Source: Azolla caroliniana
Taxonomy: Eukaryota; Plantae; Polypodiophyta
Assembly: GCA_043228905.1 (NCBI GenBank)
Contig: JBHGNT010000014.1
Coordinates: forward strand, 15,810,001-15,874,000
DNA length: 64,000 nt
Reading direction: 5' to 3'
Positions 63,554 to 64,000 of the stretch are shown piece by piece. A program made the translations under genes and the position numbers. The notes beneath the pieces are model-generated. The model saw nothing but the letters and a program-made list of their open reading frames with translations, ran no database searches and had not been told where the DNA came from. How positions within the stretch are numbered: position 1 is the stretch's first letter; each line of letters starts with the position of its first letter.

Positions 63554-64000
63554 GTGTGCAAATTATTAAAAGCACTTGACTTGGTTTTCTGTAGGTAAGT
63601 TTCTCTTTATTACTAAGTCAAACAAACTTACATCGATCCTGAAGAGTCTGATATGTATTTTAAAGGTTGTCTGGTAATAGATTACATTTTTAAGGGCTAA
63701 TGTCCAAAGCAAATCTCGAAGTTTGAACATTTGTATTTTGCATAGTGTGATTCCATTTTTAAAGCTAATGTCGAATATAAATAGATGAATAGTTTCCTTA
63801 TATGTTCATATGTATAAGATCTTCTAATCTCCAAAGGAGAGACTTGTTTTACAAGAAGCTTAGGGATTGTTTTTTGAATCTTAGAATAGCATTTCTCATG
63901 ATTTGAATCAAAGAATCAGGAAAACAGAAAGCGATTAGGATAGGTGTGATCGGCTGAAGTGAATAATAAACATATGCGCTTATAGAAAGGAATTTCAAAA

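Overview
Eukaryotic, intron-containing land-plant nuclear DNA. A fern or other seed-free plant is inferred from the PPR style and the retroelement lineages, not shown. Host genes: ALG3 mannosyltransferase (minus strand, 8 exons visible, runs off the left edge), an SPX-only phosphate-signalling gene with two P1BS sites, a PLS-class PPR protein, a 3-RRM hnRNP-Q/R-like gene, and a zf-4CXXC_R1 (CDCA7-like) gene with internal repeats that runs off the right edge. Positions ~10.1-29.4 kb are a nested transposon stack with readable target-site duplications (TSDs): old Copia > solo LTR > hAT MITE > RT-deleted Gypsy > chromovirus, plus old Copia > solo LTR > intact young Copia. The most striking observation is that the inner chromovirus 5' end is a fold-back whose junction matches a self-primed minus-strand cDNA. 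A second, decayed chromovirus at ~34.1 kb shows the matching self-complementary primer/PBS pair. The window also holds three RTEX-like LINE 3' ends sharing a terminal hairpin, a Mutator MITE, a stray LSU rRNA fragment and several tandem repeats. All coordinates were counted by eye and no database searches were run.
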